Shown here one piece after another: positions 36,359 to 46,284 of a DNA stretch of 57,928 nt. This stretch comes from a virus. Lineage: Duplodnaviria > Caudoviricetes. A program made the translations under genes and the position numbers. The notes below the pieces were generated by a model that ran no database searches, was not told the origin of the DNA, and worked only from the letters and a program-made list of their open reading frames with translations. Within the stretch, counting starts at the first letter, position 1; each line of letters begins with the position of its first letter. Location: positions 1-57,928 of IMG/VR virus record IMGVR_UViG_3300045747_000102, one strand, 5' to 3'.

Positions 36359-39300
36359 TATGCGTAATTCCTATCTATAAACTGTGCAATTGGTAATGAA
36401 CCCGAGACCGATGGAAGTGTGTAGTTTCTAATATAGAATGGAACATATCCTGCTTTAAACACCCCAATATCTACCAACGAAGAAGAAGAATAAACGTAGT
36501 TGTAAGTTGTTCCAACATTAGCATCTATATTTAATTTCTCTGTAGAAGTACCAGCACCTAGAATAACGATGTCCGAACCGGTCTGAAGTCCGGTTAAAGT
36601 CAAAGTAATAGTATCTAAAGGAAGCAAAGTCTGTTGGAACACAGAACTTGTAACAGTAGGAATCTTAATAGCCTGAAGCAAGTTGGTTGCTGAATAAGTA
36701 TTCGTCTTGACTTTGATCTTTAGTTTGAAACCCTGTGCTGCTGTGATACCGGTTTCTGCATGGATACCACAAGCAACAAATCGCTGAAGTGTAGAAGCAA
36801 CACCAGCAACGGACAATGTAATCTGATTTGCTGTGTTGATTGAAGCAATAGTTGTACCAGCAACAAATGTAGTTGGTAGAGTTGTAGCATAGACATAGTC
36901 ACCAACTTTTAGACCGTATGTAGAAGACACACCGGTAATAGTAGTTGAGGCAGCATTTGCAGATGTAGTGGCAAGAGTATAAGTACCAGCAGCAAATGCA
37001 ATGACTTGGACACCATAAGTTCCAGGGCCACCCTGAGGTGCATCAATGATACTTGTGATAATTGTGTTAGCAGTCACACCTGTACCAGAAAGAATACAAC
37101 CTTCGTACAGAGTACCTGAAGTCACAGCAGTAACAGTAAGAATATTGCTTGTGATTGAACCAGTCACAACAGTAGAAGTTGGAGTTACTTGATTGACAAC
37201 GGTAAGAGCACCAGCTGTAATTGACCATGTAGCATTACCTCTAGCCGCATTAAACCAAACATTACCCCAGTTGGCAGAATATCCTGCACCTTTATCTATC
37301 TTATAGAAGATATCATGATAGTATTGGTTAGCCGTCATTATAACTGGTCTAGTAGCAGTATAAGGAGCAGTTGCCCCATAGGTAAATCTAGAATGACCAA
37401 TGATCCAGTCAGGAGTGGTAAATTCTACGTCATCACCAATATTCAACATAGCAATTGTGCCAGTTGAAGTAAATCCAGAACCAGCATCTAATTTGTTAAC
37501 TGTGTAATAGTTGACCGAAGTCTGCTCATTCATCTGAATTGCTATAGCACCTAGTACAGGATTTATAGTTCCACCTGATGCCCAGACACCAGGATTCTTT
37601 GTCATAGTTACGGCAAAAGTCGTAGCAGTAGGAGCCGGAGAAGCAAGCACAGTAAATGTTCCATTGAATCCTGAAGTCATTTGATATGATGTTGGGGCAA
37701 CGGCAGATGAAACTGTATTAGCAATAGTTACTTTATCACCAGCAACAAATGGATGACCAGTTTGAGTAGTAAATGAGCAATATCCAGCTACGTTCCAAGC
37801 TGTACCGGTAACTACAGTGTATGTAAATGGTGTGAAGAAGTCCTGGAAAGTATGACCATAGATAGCGGTCTGGCCGGTCGGCAGTGCAGAAGTAAATGCA
37901 CCGGTTGTCTGTTGAGCAGATGATGCTAAATACATAGTCCCATTGGTAGCAGCAGCAATGGCGGCAGTTAACTGTCCGATATATTGACCAGAAGCACCCC
38001 AGATTAAAGTATCTTTAGCGAGAGTTACGTTACCCGAGAATGTCAAAGCAGTAGATGCTGCTGTTGCTACAGTCAATGTATTTGGAATCTGATTACCAAA
38101 CACAGCCCCTATTTTCTTAGCAGTAGTATTCAGTGAAATATTGTTGTAACCAAGATTAGTAGCTGTAGCTGGAAGAGCTAGTCCCCATACATCTTCCCAT
38201 TGCAAATTGCCGTATGAGTTATCAATTGCAGATTGAATACCAAGTCTCAGAAGTGTGGTGTAAACTTGCTGGATTCTAATATTGTTGGCACCAGAAGCAG
38301 CAACACCAAGTATAATTGAACCCATAGCATTAGCAGATCCAGCAGACAATGGAGCAGTAGCAGATCCAACTCTCATCAATCTAATATTTGTAGCACCAGT
38401 CAGTGGGGACAAAAGAGCAGAGTAAGGTTGAGTGTTAACTGTGATACCTTCACCAAATGTAATACCATCAATCTTAATCGCGCTAGAGTTAGCAGACGGA
38501 ACGAATATAGACATTGGGATAGTTGTTGCAGTAGCACCTTCCAATGTATCCATATAATCAGTATTTGTAAATGTAAGATTAGACGAAGTGACTAATGATG
38601 CCTGGCCTCCGACCAACTGGTTGTCAGTGTAAGTCATGTTAGAAGAACGTGTCGTCAACAATGTACCGGAACCTGCATTCCGTGCAGAACCAGACATAGT
38701 AGCGGTAGTTCTTAAGACATGAAGTTTGTTATTTGTCCAAGTTACATTTGTGGCATCATTGAAAATTGCGCAGAAATGGCCGGCAGTTGTTACATGAAAT
38801 CTAGATAGACGGCAATTAGTAACGGTGCCGGTTGAATAGCAAAGACCAACAGCAAGTGCAGCTGCAGACACAGAAGCAGTAGTACCAGTGAGCACAGCTG
38901 TCAGCAGACTTGACATCCCAGTACCAACATCGTTAAACTTATAGAACGAAGCAATTTCAGTAATGTAAGTAGATTCTAGCAGAGCAACGTGATTCATCAC
39001 ATATGAGAATCCCTGTTGAGAAGAAATATACCAAGAAAGACATGCTTTATCAATATTGATAACACCGGTCACACCACCAGTAAGTAACTTTGGTCGTGTT
39101 GTAAGAGTAGCAGATGGTGCTACCGAAGCAAGTACACCGGTCACTGCTGTCTTTGTTGCATTAGAAGTAATGACGTTTGGTATAAGAATCTTTAGACCAG
39201 CAGGCGGTGTGTAACCCCAAGCATTAGTACCGTCTCCACCAATTCTGGCCTGGCCCGAGCCCGCCAGCATGTGAATTTGCTTACCTTGTTGAAAGTTTAC

Positions 39301-41667
39301 CGGGAACGCAGTTGCCGTAGCAACGCAATTTGCAGTATTGGACCAGAATTCATATGTGCAAAGATTATCAGATACCCATGTACCAGGATTAGAAGCCATA
39401 GCAATTCTAAATGATGTAGCAGTTGGGCAATCATAGACTTCAAAAACACCATCATATGTAGAAGGTGTAGAGAATGTATTTTCTATAATCATACCTGCAT
39501 ATAAATTATGAGCATGAGTTGTGTTGATTGTAAGATACCCAGCAGCCCAAGACGTAGAAGCAGTGGTAAGATCAGAAACTAAAGTACCAGAAGAAGCAGC
39601 AAAAGTTCCCGGATTACTTGTCATTGCAGCAGTAATAGTTACCGTAGTTGCCGAAGCATATGACTTACCAGTGCAGATAAATTCGCCGTTATATGGAGCA
39701 GGTAGCACACCCATCACAGTAAAGTCATCTCCAACTGCTAGGTTATCTATCCACGGACCCAGAGTTGTCGTTGTGAAAGTAACAACGTTGGCTGCCCAAG
39801 AAGCAGTAGAAATAACGGCATGAGTAGAAACTCTTTCAATCCACATACCAGCATATGGTTGAAGCGAGACTGTAGCTGAATAAGTTGGAAGCTGAACAAT
39901 TTGTTGGGCAACACCCGAAGTAGTAACACGAGCCCAACCAGCACCACCAGTGCCAGCAGTAGTTCCAACCAATGAAGTAGCAACAATAGTAAATGTAGTC
40001 GCTGATGGCACAGAACAAACTCTAAAGACACCATTATGAGCCAGAGTAGAAATACCTCTAAGAGTTACTTTAAAACCAGAACCAGACAATGCAGTAACGG
40101 ATGCAGGAATACCATGAGCAGCTGCTGTGGTTACTGTGACTAGATTCACGGTTGCAGCTGAGGTAGATGATACAACAAATGGCAGGGTAGATGGATGGAA
40201 CCAATCTCCCAAAATTTCCATTGTTCCAACTCGTGGGATTGTGAACACGCCAGCTTCGCCACCCACAACTTCTAACCAGCCTGGTTCTTCTGGGGAGGCA
40301 GCAGTAGCAACCGGAGCCGCTGCTCCTTGACCAGAAATAGTAAGAGCACCATCATCGAATGGTCCATTAAGAACATTCTTCACTTTGATCCAACCAAGAG
40401 CTGGAATGATAGAACCTGTAGTATTAGCTGTGGTGGTTGTATTGACTGCTTGGCCTGCAGAGAATGAAGACCAAGCACCTAAAAATACTGATTTTACAAC
40501 TTTAGTCACAGTACCTGTTGCATTAGAAGCAGGAGTTGAACCAAGTGTGAAGCTAAATGTTGTTGCTGTGGTCGCAGTAACGGTGAATGTACCATTATAG
40601 TTTGTGGTACCAGAAATAACAACTGAGTTGCCAACAACTATGCCATGATTAGCAGGGATAGTAATTGTGGCCACCGAAGCTAAAGCGGTGGCCGAAGTAA
40701 GAGAATAAGTCTGAGTCTGGTCGCATCTTGGTTGTTTCATACTCCGGCCGGTGCCATAATAAAATGCCGCGGTAGGTGTCTGAGTAACTAATGAGTTTGC
40801 ACGACCAACACCCGCGGTTGCAGTCACATGTGCTGATAGAGTACCAATATAAACACCGGCCGAAGAATAAATCGGCTGACCTTCTGTGAGGGTTGTAGTA
40901 CCAGTGAATGTGAATGCAGTAGTAATATTGCTTGTAACTACAGTTGTTGTAGCTAAAGTCTTGAAATAAGCACCTGGATTAACTGCCAGAGCATAAGTAT
41001 ATGTTGTTGTAGTCGGAGTACCAGTAAGTTCAAACAGACCATTATATCCGTCAAGAATATCTGTACCGCGAAGTCCACCAATGCCAATCCAATCACCAGT
41101 AGCATAACCGTGTGGATCAGAAGTAGTAATAGTTGCTACACCACCAGACCATGTAGCATCAATAATAGTCTGTGTTGGTGGCTGGTAGTAATAAGCAAGG
41201 GCGGTAGCCTGAGCTGCAACAACTGTGGCTGCTAGTGTGCCTGTTGTGGATGCAGTGATTGTACTAAGCAAGGTACCCATATAGGTACCAGTAGCAGTAT
41301 AGAATTTAGTACCTGCAACATGAGTAACTGCAGCAGTAAATGTAAGTGCAGCAATTGCTGCCAACATTGTAGTTGGTCCAGCTAACAGGGCACCAGGAGT
41401 AGTACCAGATCCTGCCGTGAACGGAATCATCTTAACGTTTCTACCGTCAATAGTTAGACCACCATTAATAGCAGTGGCAGAAACCGTAACCGAATCTAGA
41501 GAACCATTAGATGCACCAGGAGAAGAAATGTGTCCAATGTTGTACCGAGTATCCGTATCAACAATCAGTTTACCGTTATTTTGTAGATAGACGTCAACAC
41601 CGGCCGCAGGCTGAGGAGCTTGACAGAGATCAAAATTGCAAGATGCTTCATGAATGAGGGATGCCAT
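36358..41667 (-). CDS. Giant (1769 aa) virion fibre/adhesin-like protein
   Basis: T/A/G-rich; about 6 repeats of an (H)G...GD.V.I.G....(Y/F)NG.F.V..P..TTF barrel; central beta-helix-like segment. Confidence 0.75.
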   Translation of the reverse strand: MASLIHEASCNFDLCQAPQPAAGVDVYLQNNGKLIVDTDTRYNIGHISSPGASNGSLDSVTVSATAINGGLTIDGRNVKMIPFTAGSGTTPGALLAGPTTMLAAIAALTFTAAVTHVAGTKFYTATGTYMGTLLSTITASTTGTLAATVVAAQATALAYYYQPPTQTIIDATWSGGVATITTSDPHGYATGDWIGIGGLRGTDILDGYNGLFELTGTPTTTTYTYALAVNPGAYFKTLATTTVVTSNITTAFTFTGTTTLTEGQPIYSSAGVYIGTLSAHVTATAGVGRANSLVTQTPTAAFYYGTGRSMKQPRCDQTQTYSLTSATALASVATITIPANHGIVVGNSVVISGTTNYNGTFTVTATTATTFSFTLGSTPASNATGTVTKVVKSVFLGAWSSFSAGQAVNTTTTANTTGSIIPALGWIKVKNVLNGPFDDGALTISGQGAAAPVATAASPEEPGWLEVVGGEAGVFTIPRVGTMEILGDWFHPSTLPFVVSSTSAATVNLVTVTTAAAHGIPASVTALSGSGFKVTLRGISTLAHNGVFRVCSVPSATTFTIVATSLVGTTAGTGGAGWARVTTSGVAQQIVQLPTYSATVSLQPYAGMWIERVSTHAVISTASWAANVVTFTTTTLGPWIDNLAVGDDFTVMGVLPAPYNGEFICTGKSYASATTVTITAAMTSNPGTFAASSGTLVSDLTTASTSWAAGYLTINTTHAHNLYAGMIIENTFSTPSTYDGVFEVYDCPTATSFRIAMASNPGTWVSDNLCTYEFWSNTANCVATATAFPVNFQQGKQIHMLAGSGQARIGGDGTNAWGYTPPAGLKILIPNVITSNATKTAVTGVLASVAPSATLTTRPKLLTGGVTGVINIDKACLSWYISSQQGFSYVMNHVALLESTYITEIASFYKFNDVGTGMSSLLTAVLTGTTASVSAAALAVGLCYSTGTVTNCRLSRFHVTTAGHFCAIFNDATNVTWTNNKLHVLRTTATMSGSARNAGSGTLLTTRSSNMTYTDNQLVGGQASLVTSSNLTFTNTDYMDTLEGATATTIPMSIFVPSANSSAIKIDGITFGEGITVNTQPYSALLSPLTGATNIRLMRVGSATAPLSAGSANAMGSIILGVAASGANNIRIQQVYTTLLRLGIQSAIDNSYGNLQWEDVWGLALPATATNLGYNNISLNTTAKKIGAVFGNQIPNTLTVATAASTALTFSGNVTLAKDTLIWGASGQYIGQLTAAIAAATNGTMYLASSAQQTTGAFTSALPTGQTAIYGHTFQDFFTPFTYTVVTGTAWNVAGYCSFTTQTGHPFVAGDKVTIANTVSSAVAPTSYQMTSGFNGTFTVLASPAPTATTFAVTMTKNPGVWASGGTINPVLGAIAIQMNEQTSVNYYTVNKLDAGSGFTSTGTIAMLNIGDDVEFTTPDWIIGHSRFTYGATAPYTATRPVIMTANQYYHDIFYKIDKGAGYSANWGNVWFNAARGNATWSITAGALTVVNQVTPTSTVVTGSITSNILTVTAVTSGTLYEGCILSGTGVTANTIITSIIDAPQGGPGTYGVQVIAFAAGTYTLATTSANAASTTITGVSSTYGLKVGDYVYATTLPTTFVAGTTIASINTANQITLSVAGVASTLQRFVACGIHAETGITAAQGFKLKIKVKTNTYSATNLLQAIKIPTVTSSVFQQTLLPLDTITLTLTGLQTGSDIVILGAGTSTEKLNIDANVGTTYNYVYSSSSLVDIGVFKAGYVPFYIRNYTLPSVSGSLPIAQFIDRNYA

Positions 41668-41697
41668 TAAATTACCTTATCGTTAAATTCTAATTAT

Positions 41698-42156
41698 TTA
41701 AGGCATTTTGATCTTAATTTTGATCCAATCCCAAAGCGCATAACCGATCATCATTACTATACCCCATGCTATAGAACTAAATATCTTCTTTTTGATGTCA
41801 ATACTTAGAGCCTTGCGTTCTTCTTCTTTATCATCTTCAGTTTTGTGATAAGTATGGTGTTTCCCTACTCCATTCAATCCTTCCGGGATTGCCGATATTA
41901 GAGTTTTTTGGTCGGCAGAAACCTTCTTTATTTCATTGATTGTAGCCTGGAGCATCTGAGACAATTTATTGTACTGATCGGTAGACTTAGTAGAATTTGC
42001 ATGCATCTCGTCCAAGATATTTTTGAACTTGGTCATCTCATCTTCTGTGTGGACCTTTAGTTCTTCAAATATCTTTTCCTGACCTTCTTTAAATTCCTGC
42101 TTGAGATCTAAATATAGAGCCTGTCCATCCGAATTTGTTTGATTATTATTGTCCAT
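41698..42156 (-). CDS. Coiled-coil protein with C-terminal TM helix
   Basis: Heptad-rich N-part; IFSSIAWGIVMMIGYALWDW TM. Confidence 0.65.
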   Translation of the reverse strand: MDNNNQTNSDGQALYLDLKQEFKEGQEKIFEELKVHTEDEMTKFKNILDEMHANSTKSTDQYNKLSQMLQATINEIKKVSADQKTLISAIPEGLNGVGKHHTYHKTEDDKEEERKALSIDIKKKIFSSIAWGIVMMIGYALWDWIKIKIKMP

Positions 42157-42583
42157 TTATTGCAAAACATCCATGTTTGATAGAGGTTTTCTTGTCTAAC
42201 AAAGAAAACTGAGGTCTCCATCTCATTATAGTTTTGACACAGTATGTGCCATTCGGCGTACTAAGAGGCAGGTAGAACATTCTGTGAACGTTGTTCATAC
42301 CTTCTTCGTATTCAACAGAACCGATCTGAAGTTCGATCTGGTATCCGGTGTCTTTGTTCGTGATTAGTTTATTTACATTCGCAGTAAAATTATCAGTAGC
42401 ATTGATAGTAGAAGTGGCAGCGATAAGATAAAAATCTTTTGTCTTTGTGATTGTATAGTCAGCGACTATATCCTCGATTGGTGGTTCATCAGTGAACATA
42501 GAATTGTACACAACCAACCCCAGACCGAAGGTGAATAGGAACACGATCAGACCCACTATACGAAGAATATAAGAATTATTCAT
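42146..42583 (-). CDS. Single-TM protein with periplasmic beta-domain
   Basis: N-terminal TM; LP...P.GTYC...W.P..SL...C. Confidence 0.65.
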   Translation of the reverse strand: MNNSYILRIVGLIVFLFTFGLGLVVYNSMFTDEPPIEDIVADYTITKTKDFYLIAATSTINATDNFTANVNKLITNKDTGYQIELQIGSVEYEEGMNNVHRMFYLPLSTPNGTYCVKTIMRWRPQFSLLDKKTSIKHGCFAINGQ

Positions 42584-42851
42584 TTCTAAGAGATTTTTCT
42601 ATGGAAGCAATGCTTGTCTCAATTTTTTCAATTTTTTCAAGCACCATACCGATAGTACTGGGTTTCCGTCTATCGGCGAAATCACTTGTGTCTTGAAATT
42701 CTGTGTCATCGTGATGAGAGAAGATTCTCGCGAATATGATCTGCAACACCAACAAAAATATGAAGGTTACAAATGAAGCTACTATAGTAGCAAAAACTAA
42801 CGATTCCCAAGATTGCATCCTATCCTCGTGTTTTGTATCCAGATCTGACAA
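42576..42851 (-). CDS. Single-TM protein with C-terminal coiled coil
   Basis: Hydrophobic residues 17-40; DRRK. Confidence 0.55.
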   Translation of the reverse strand: MSDLDTKHEDRMQSWESLVFATIVASFVTFIFLLVLQIIFARIFSHHDDTEFQDTSDFADRRKPSTIGMVLEKIEKIETSIASIEKSLRNE

Positions 42852-43239
42852 AAATCCATGCTGCTGCTATGGCTAATGATGTTTCACCTGAAATTGCTGC
42901 TGGAGGCGGCGTAACAGAATTATACATTGCAATAACTATGAATGTCCAAAAGATCGCATTCCAACCTGCAAAACACTGAGCAAATCTCGTGAAATAGTTT
43001 TGAGACAGTAATAGATATAACTGCAAGAGTCCAGATATAAGGAAAACAGTTGCCCAGATATTTTCTACGGCTAATTTAGCCATAATAGAATATGTAGGTC
43101 TGTCAAATGTATTACCTGGCCAAAATAGGGAAAGTGCCCAGATCATCTCGGCCATGAATAGTATAAACTTTGCCGCATGAAGATCAGAAAAGAAGATCAA
43201 ATAGATGATATGTTTGGTAGTTTTATGGCGATTCGGCAT
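42820..43239 (-). CDS. Multi-pass membrane protein (about 4 TM)
   Basis: Start likely ATG 43239 (MPNRHK); four hydrophobic segments. Confidence 0.65.
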   Translation of the reverse strand: MPNRHKTTKHIIYLIFFSDLHAAKFILFMAEMIWALSLFWPGNTFDRPTYSIMAKLAVENIWATVFLISGLLQLYLLLSQNYFTRFAQCFAGWNAIFWTFIVIAMYNSVTPPPAAISGETSLAIAAAWIFVRSGYKTRG

Positions 43240-43243
43240 GTTG

Positions 43244-43972
43244 TTATCTATAGTTATAAGTAAGGCGATCTGCCCAAACTTTGTCATAATTTGCATTACC
43301 TTCAGCCCAAACCTCAGTTATATCATTATCACCGGCAATTGTAACTTTTCTGATTCTCCATACAGGAGAAGATTCTAATGCACCAACTACTGCTTCTGCC
43401 TTGTATAGCTCAGAGTCAGTAATAAAATCAATACGTTTAGCAAATGGCATTTCTTCATCTGTGACTGTGGTGCCACCCGTGTTTGTTGGAATTGTAAATA
43501 CAATCTTATTTAATGCTGCAGAATAGGTCATGACTGCGCCATCTACTAGACCCGACTTATCGAGGTCATCCATACGAAGAATTCTGACTTCACCTGAACC
43601 TGCACCACCAAATCCAGATGCTACATTAGGTTTTGCATCTAGTTGTTTCTTGAGATTTGCAATGTCACCCTGTAGCTTCTTGACTATGTTTGCCAGTTTC
43701 TCTTCTGATTTGGTTGAAAGATTATCTAGTTTCTCTGAGACAAGTTCCTGTACCTCGTCCTGGCTGATAATCTTGGCTTCGAGTTCATCTACCTTAGATA
43801 CTACATTTTGACGCTTCTGCTCTACTACTTTTGCAGATGATACGGTCTTGAACAGCTCGGTGAGCAATGGAGTGAATTCAGCCTTCTTTCGCTCTTGTTC
43901 CCGAAGTTCCTTTAACCGTTTATCTTCTTTTCCTTTTCGGATCAGTTCTGCAAAAGAGTTTAGATCTGCCAT
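43244..43972 (-). CDS. Coiled-coil virion-associated protein
   Basis: Coiled coil, GGAGSGEV.I..MDD linker, C-terminal WRIRKV...WA.G...Y.KVWADR..Y.Y domain. Confidence 0.65.
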   Translation of the reverse strand: MADLNSFAELIRKGKEDKRLKELREQERKKAEFTPLLTELFKTVSSAKVVEQKRQNVVSKVDELEAKIISQDEVQELVSEKLDNLSTKSEEKLANIVKKLQGDIANLKKQLDAKPNVASGFGGAGSGEVRILRMDDLDKSGLVDGAVMTYSAALNKIVFTIPTNTGGTTVTDEEMPFAKRIDFITDSELYKAEAVVGALESSPVWRIRKVTIAGDNDITEVWAEGNANYDKVWADRLTYNYR

Positions 43973-44442
43973 TATTTTGTCATCGTTAAGTTTTGAGTCT
44001 GATCAATCATTTTCTCTTTGATCAGAGTTTTAAAAAGTTTCTGTGGTGTCACGGTTGGATAAAGACCCAACAACAAGGCACAGACATAAGAGCAATATTT
44101 CTTATTTGAAGAAGAACAGTTCAATCCAAATAGGGACATGATAGCACCAGGCCAATCATACTTTTGTCCGTCATTAGCAATGAACCAATTGTGCATATCC
44201 TTTGCATCTCTCTGAGTAATCTTCGAACCATCTGGGTTTTTGAGTTCAAACAATTCAAAAATTTCCCATTTATCATTCTGCTCAATATATTTAAGCCGTA
44301 CACCTCCGTCACGAGCAGAGGCAGATCCGAACTCTCCATCCGAGAACACAAGTTCGCAATGTGAATACTTAGAAAAAGTAGTCAGGGAAATGAGTTTATC
44401 TACCCAATCTCCATTCTTTGCTAGGTAAAATGCGATTTTCAT
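43972..44442 (-). CDS. Permuted papain-like (NlpC/P60, YaeF/YiiX-like) amidase
   Basis: His (YSHCELVF) precedes G.KYDW.G and catalytic Cys (KYCS): permuted H-before-C order. Confidence 0.75.
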   Translation of the reverse strand: MKIAFYLAKNGDWVDKLISLTTFSKYSHCELVFSDGEFGSASARDGGVRLKYIEQNDKWEIFELFELKNPDGSKITQRDAKDMHNWFIANDGQKYDWPGAIMSLFGLNCSSSNKKYCSYVCALLLGLYPTVTPQKLFKTLIKEKMIDQTQNLTMTK

Positions 44443-44463
44443 TATAACTCCACTGTTTTCACT

Positions 44464-44471
44464 TATTTAAT
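44464..44471 (-). promoter_or_regulatory. Late promoter ATTAAATA
   Basis: 22 nt upstream of ATG 44442, just after a terminator. Confidence 0.7.
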
Positions 44472-44474
44472 GCG

Positions 44475-44496
44475 AAAAGAGGCCGAAGCCTCTTTT
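44475..44496 (-). terminator. Intrinsic terminator (UUCG loop)
   Basis: Minus strand AAAAGAGGC-TTCG-GCCTCTTTT. Confidence 0.85.
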
Positions 44497-44514
44497 AAGA
44501 TAGTCTAATAAATC

Positions 44515-44736
44515 TTAGACGATTGTCACTGTCTTCCAAATGACGCCGGTGGACCAAGCCAGAGCGTAAGGAGCAGAAGCACCAAATTGACCGAACACAC
44601 CTGGGTTAGATGCTGCAGGCAGAATGGCTTCCAGACCAGCAAGATTCAATGCGGTTGGAAGGGTAGAAAGAAGAGTAGAAAGAGGCTGATGGGCACCAGC
44701 TGCCATCAGAGTCGTTTCGCGTGTAGATAATGTCAT
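44515..44736 (-). CDS. Small monocistronic late protein
   Basis: 73 aa; AAGGA SD; own late promoter and terminator. Confidence 0.7.
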   Translation of the reverse strand: MTLSTRETTLMAAGAHQPLSTLLSTLPTALNLAGLEAILPAASNPGVFGQFGASAPYALAWSTGVIWKTVTIV

Positions 44737-44777
44737 GGTAAGGTTCCTTTATAAATCCGTTGTCAACGTCGACCAAC

Positions 44778-44785
44778 TATTTAAT
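44778..44785 (-). promoter_or_regulatory. Late promoter ATTAAATA
   Basis: Overlaps the gp41 stop codon, upstream of the 73-aa gene. Confidence 0.65.
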
Positions 44786-46220
44786 CAAAGGAAAATCCGT
44801 CAAACCCATGTTTAACAGGTTTGATTGAGTGAAGTACATCTAGATTGAAAGTATCAGCAAATGTGTCATTAGCCGTCTCAATTTTCGGTTTAGCCTTTTC
44901 TGCACCGTTTCTAGTACCAGAGTTGAATTGGATCTTAGATGCTGATTCTTCAAGATCAAATAGTCGCATCTTACCGTAATCTACACCAGATAGGAACTTG
45001 TTCGGTTCGTCAAGATTCTTATACCGATTCTTCAGTTGTTTGAACATCATCTGCTTGAGTTGCTTGAGCTCGTCTGTATTGATAATTGCACACATCCAGT
45101 CAGCAATAGCAGGAACACCAAAAGATTCAGAAGTCTGCGACATATCAACATCGGAGTTACCGACACCAGCTCGGGTAGTCTGAACAGCAGAGATACATGC
45201 AAAGTTGCCGTTAATTGCTAATGCACGAAGTTCTGCACCAATGGACTTTACAATAGTGTAGGAATTTGCACCTCCACCAGCCTTGTGTCGTTCGGATAGA
45301 CAAATTGACATATAGTCAACGATGACCAGATCTGGTATAAAATTCTGCTTGGTCTTGTACTCTTCTAGTAAGGCTCGGAAATGTCCTGGATGTGCTCCCT
45401 CAGTCGGATATTCCTTGATCCTCAGCTTGCCCTTAGACATAGCAGCGACCTGTGCGAATTTGTTATCAAATACCGGCTTAGATATCGACTCAAGTGTATC
45501 AAAATCAATGTTCATTAGGTTAACGTCAATACGTTTAGCAATTTCAAACTCGGCCATTTCCATCGTTATGTACAGTACATTATACCCGGCCTTGAGTGCT
45601 CCGGCTGCAAAGTTCGTCATAACCAAAGACTTACCGCCGTGAGGTGGAGCCAATAGAACATTCAATGTTTTACGAGGGAAACCACCGCGCGTAATCTCAT
45701 CAAAGATCTTGAAACCAGTTGGAATACGAGCTTCGTTGAGATGGTAGTAATCGTACCGATCATCGGCCTCTTCAATGTAATCATGGCCGACTGAGGTATT
45801 GAAGCAGATTGAAAGTGCTTCCTGTAGGATAGATGGAATAGCCTCTGGAGTCTTGAGTTTATCCTGGCCGTCAACGATGAGCACAGATTCACGAAGTGCA
45901 TTGAATAGAGCACGTTGTTTACAGAATTTCTCAGTTTCTTCAATAAGAAAATCCAGGCCTTCTGTGAATTCCTCAGTAGAATCCAACACAGAGACCAATG
46001 CGTCATACACAGGCTTAGAGCCTTTGAGATTTTCAATCTCAATTCTCATTGCTTGCTTTGATGGAACCTTATTATATTTGTGGAAGTACCGTGAATAGAT
46101 CTTGAATAGATTCTTGTCTTCCGGTGTAGAAAAATATTCTTCCTTGATATGTGGAATTACCTTGCGAACATACTCCTCGTTGAGAAGCAATTGTGAGAAA
46201 ATTAGTTGTTCTGGTTTCAT
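44781..46220 (-). CDS. 41: Replicative DnaB-like helicase (T4 gp41)
   Basis: GHDY, APPHGGKS Walker A, YITMEM, IKEYPT, VDYM, QTTR, SESFG.PA.AD, KQLKNRY. Confidence 0.95.
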   Translation of the reverse strand: MKPEQLIFSQLLLNEEYVRKVIPHIKEEYFSTPEDKNLFKIYSRYFHKYNKVPSKQAMRIEIENLKGSKPVYDALVSVLDSTEEFTEGLDFLIEETEKFCKQRALFNALRESVLIVDGQDKLKTPEAIPSILQEALSICFNTSVGHDYIEEADDRYDYYHLNEARIPTGFKIFDEITRGGFPRKTLNVLLAPPHGGKSLVMTNFAAGALKAGYNVLYITMEMAEFEIAKRIDVNLMNIDFDTLESISKPVFDNKFAQVAAMSKGKLRIKEYPTEGAHPGHFRALLEEYKTKQNFIPDLVIVDYMSICLSERHKAGGGANSYTIVKSIGAELRALAINGNFACISAVQTTRAGVGNSDVDMSQTSESFGVPAIADWMCAIINTDELKQLKQMMFKQLKNRYKNLDEPNKFLSGVDYGKMRLFDLEESASKIQFNSGTRNGAEKAKPKIETANDTFADTFNLDVLHSIKPVKHGFDGFSFD

Positions 46221-46251
46221 ATTTAAAAGCTAAGATGGGCCGACATGATCT

Positions 46252-46280
46252 ATTATATCACATCGGCCCTCGAAAGTAAA
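46252..46280 (-). promoter_or_regulatory. sigma70-type promoter (class 2) for gene 41, embedded in a stem-loop
   Basis: Minus strand TTTACTttc-N-TATAAT, 17-nt spacer; GGGCCGA(46237-43)/TCGGCCC(46263-69) inverted repeat. Confidence 0.75.
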
Positions 46281-46284
46281 AATC

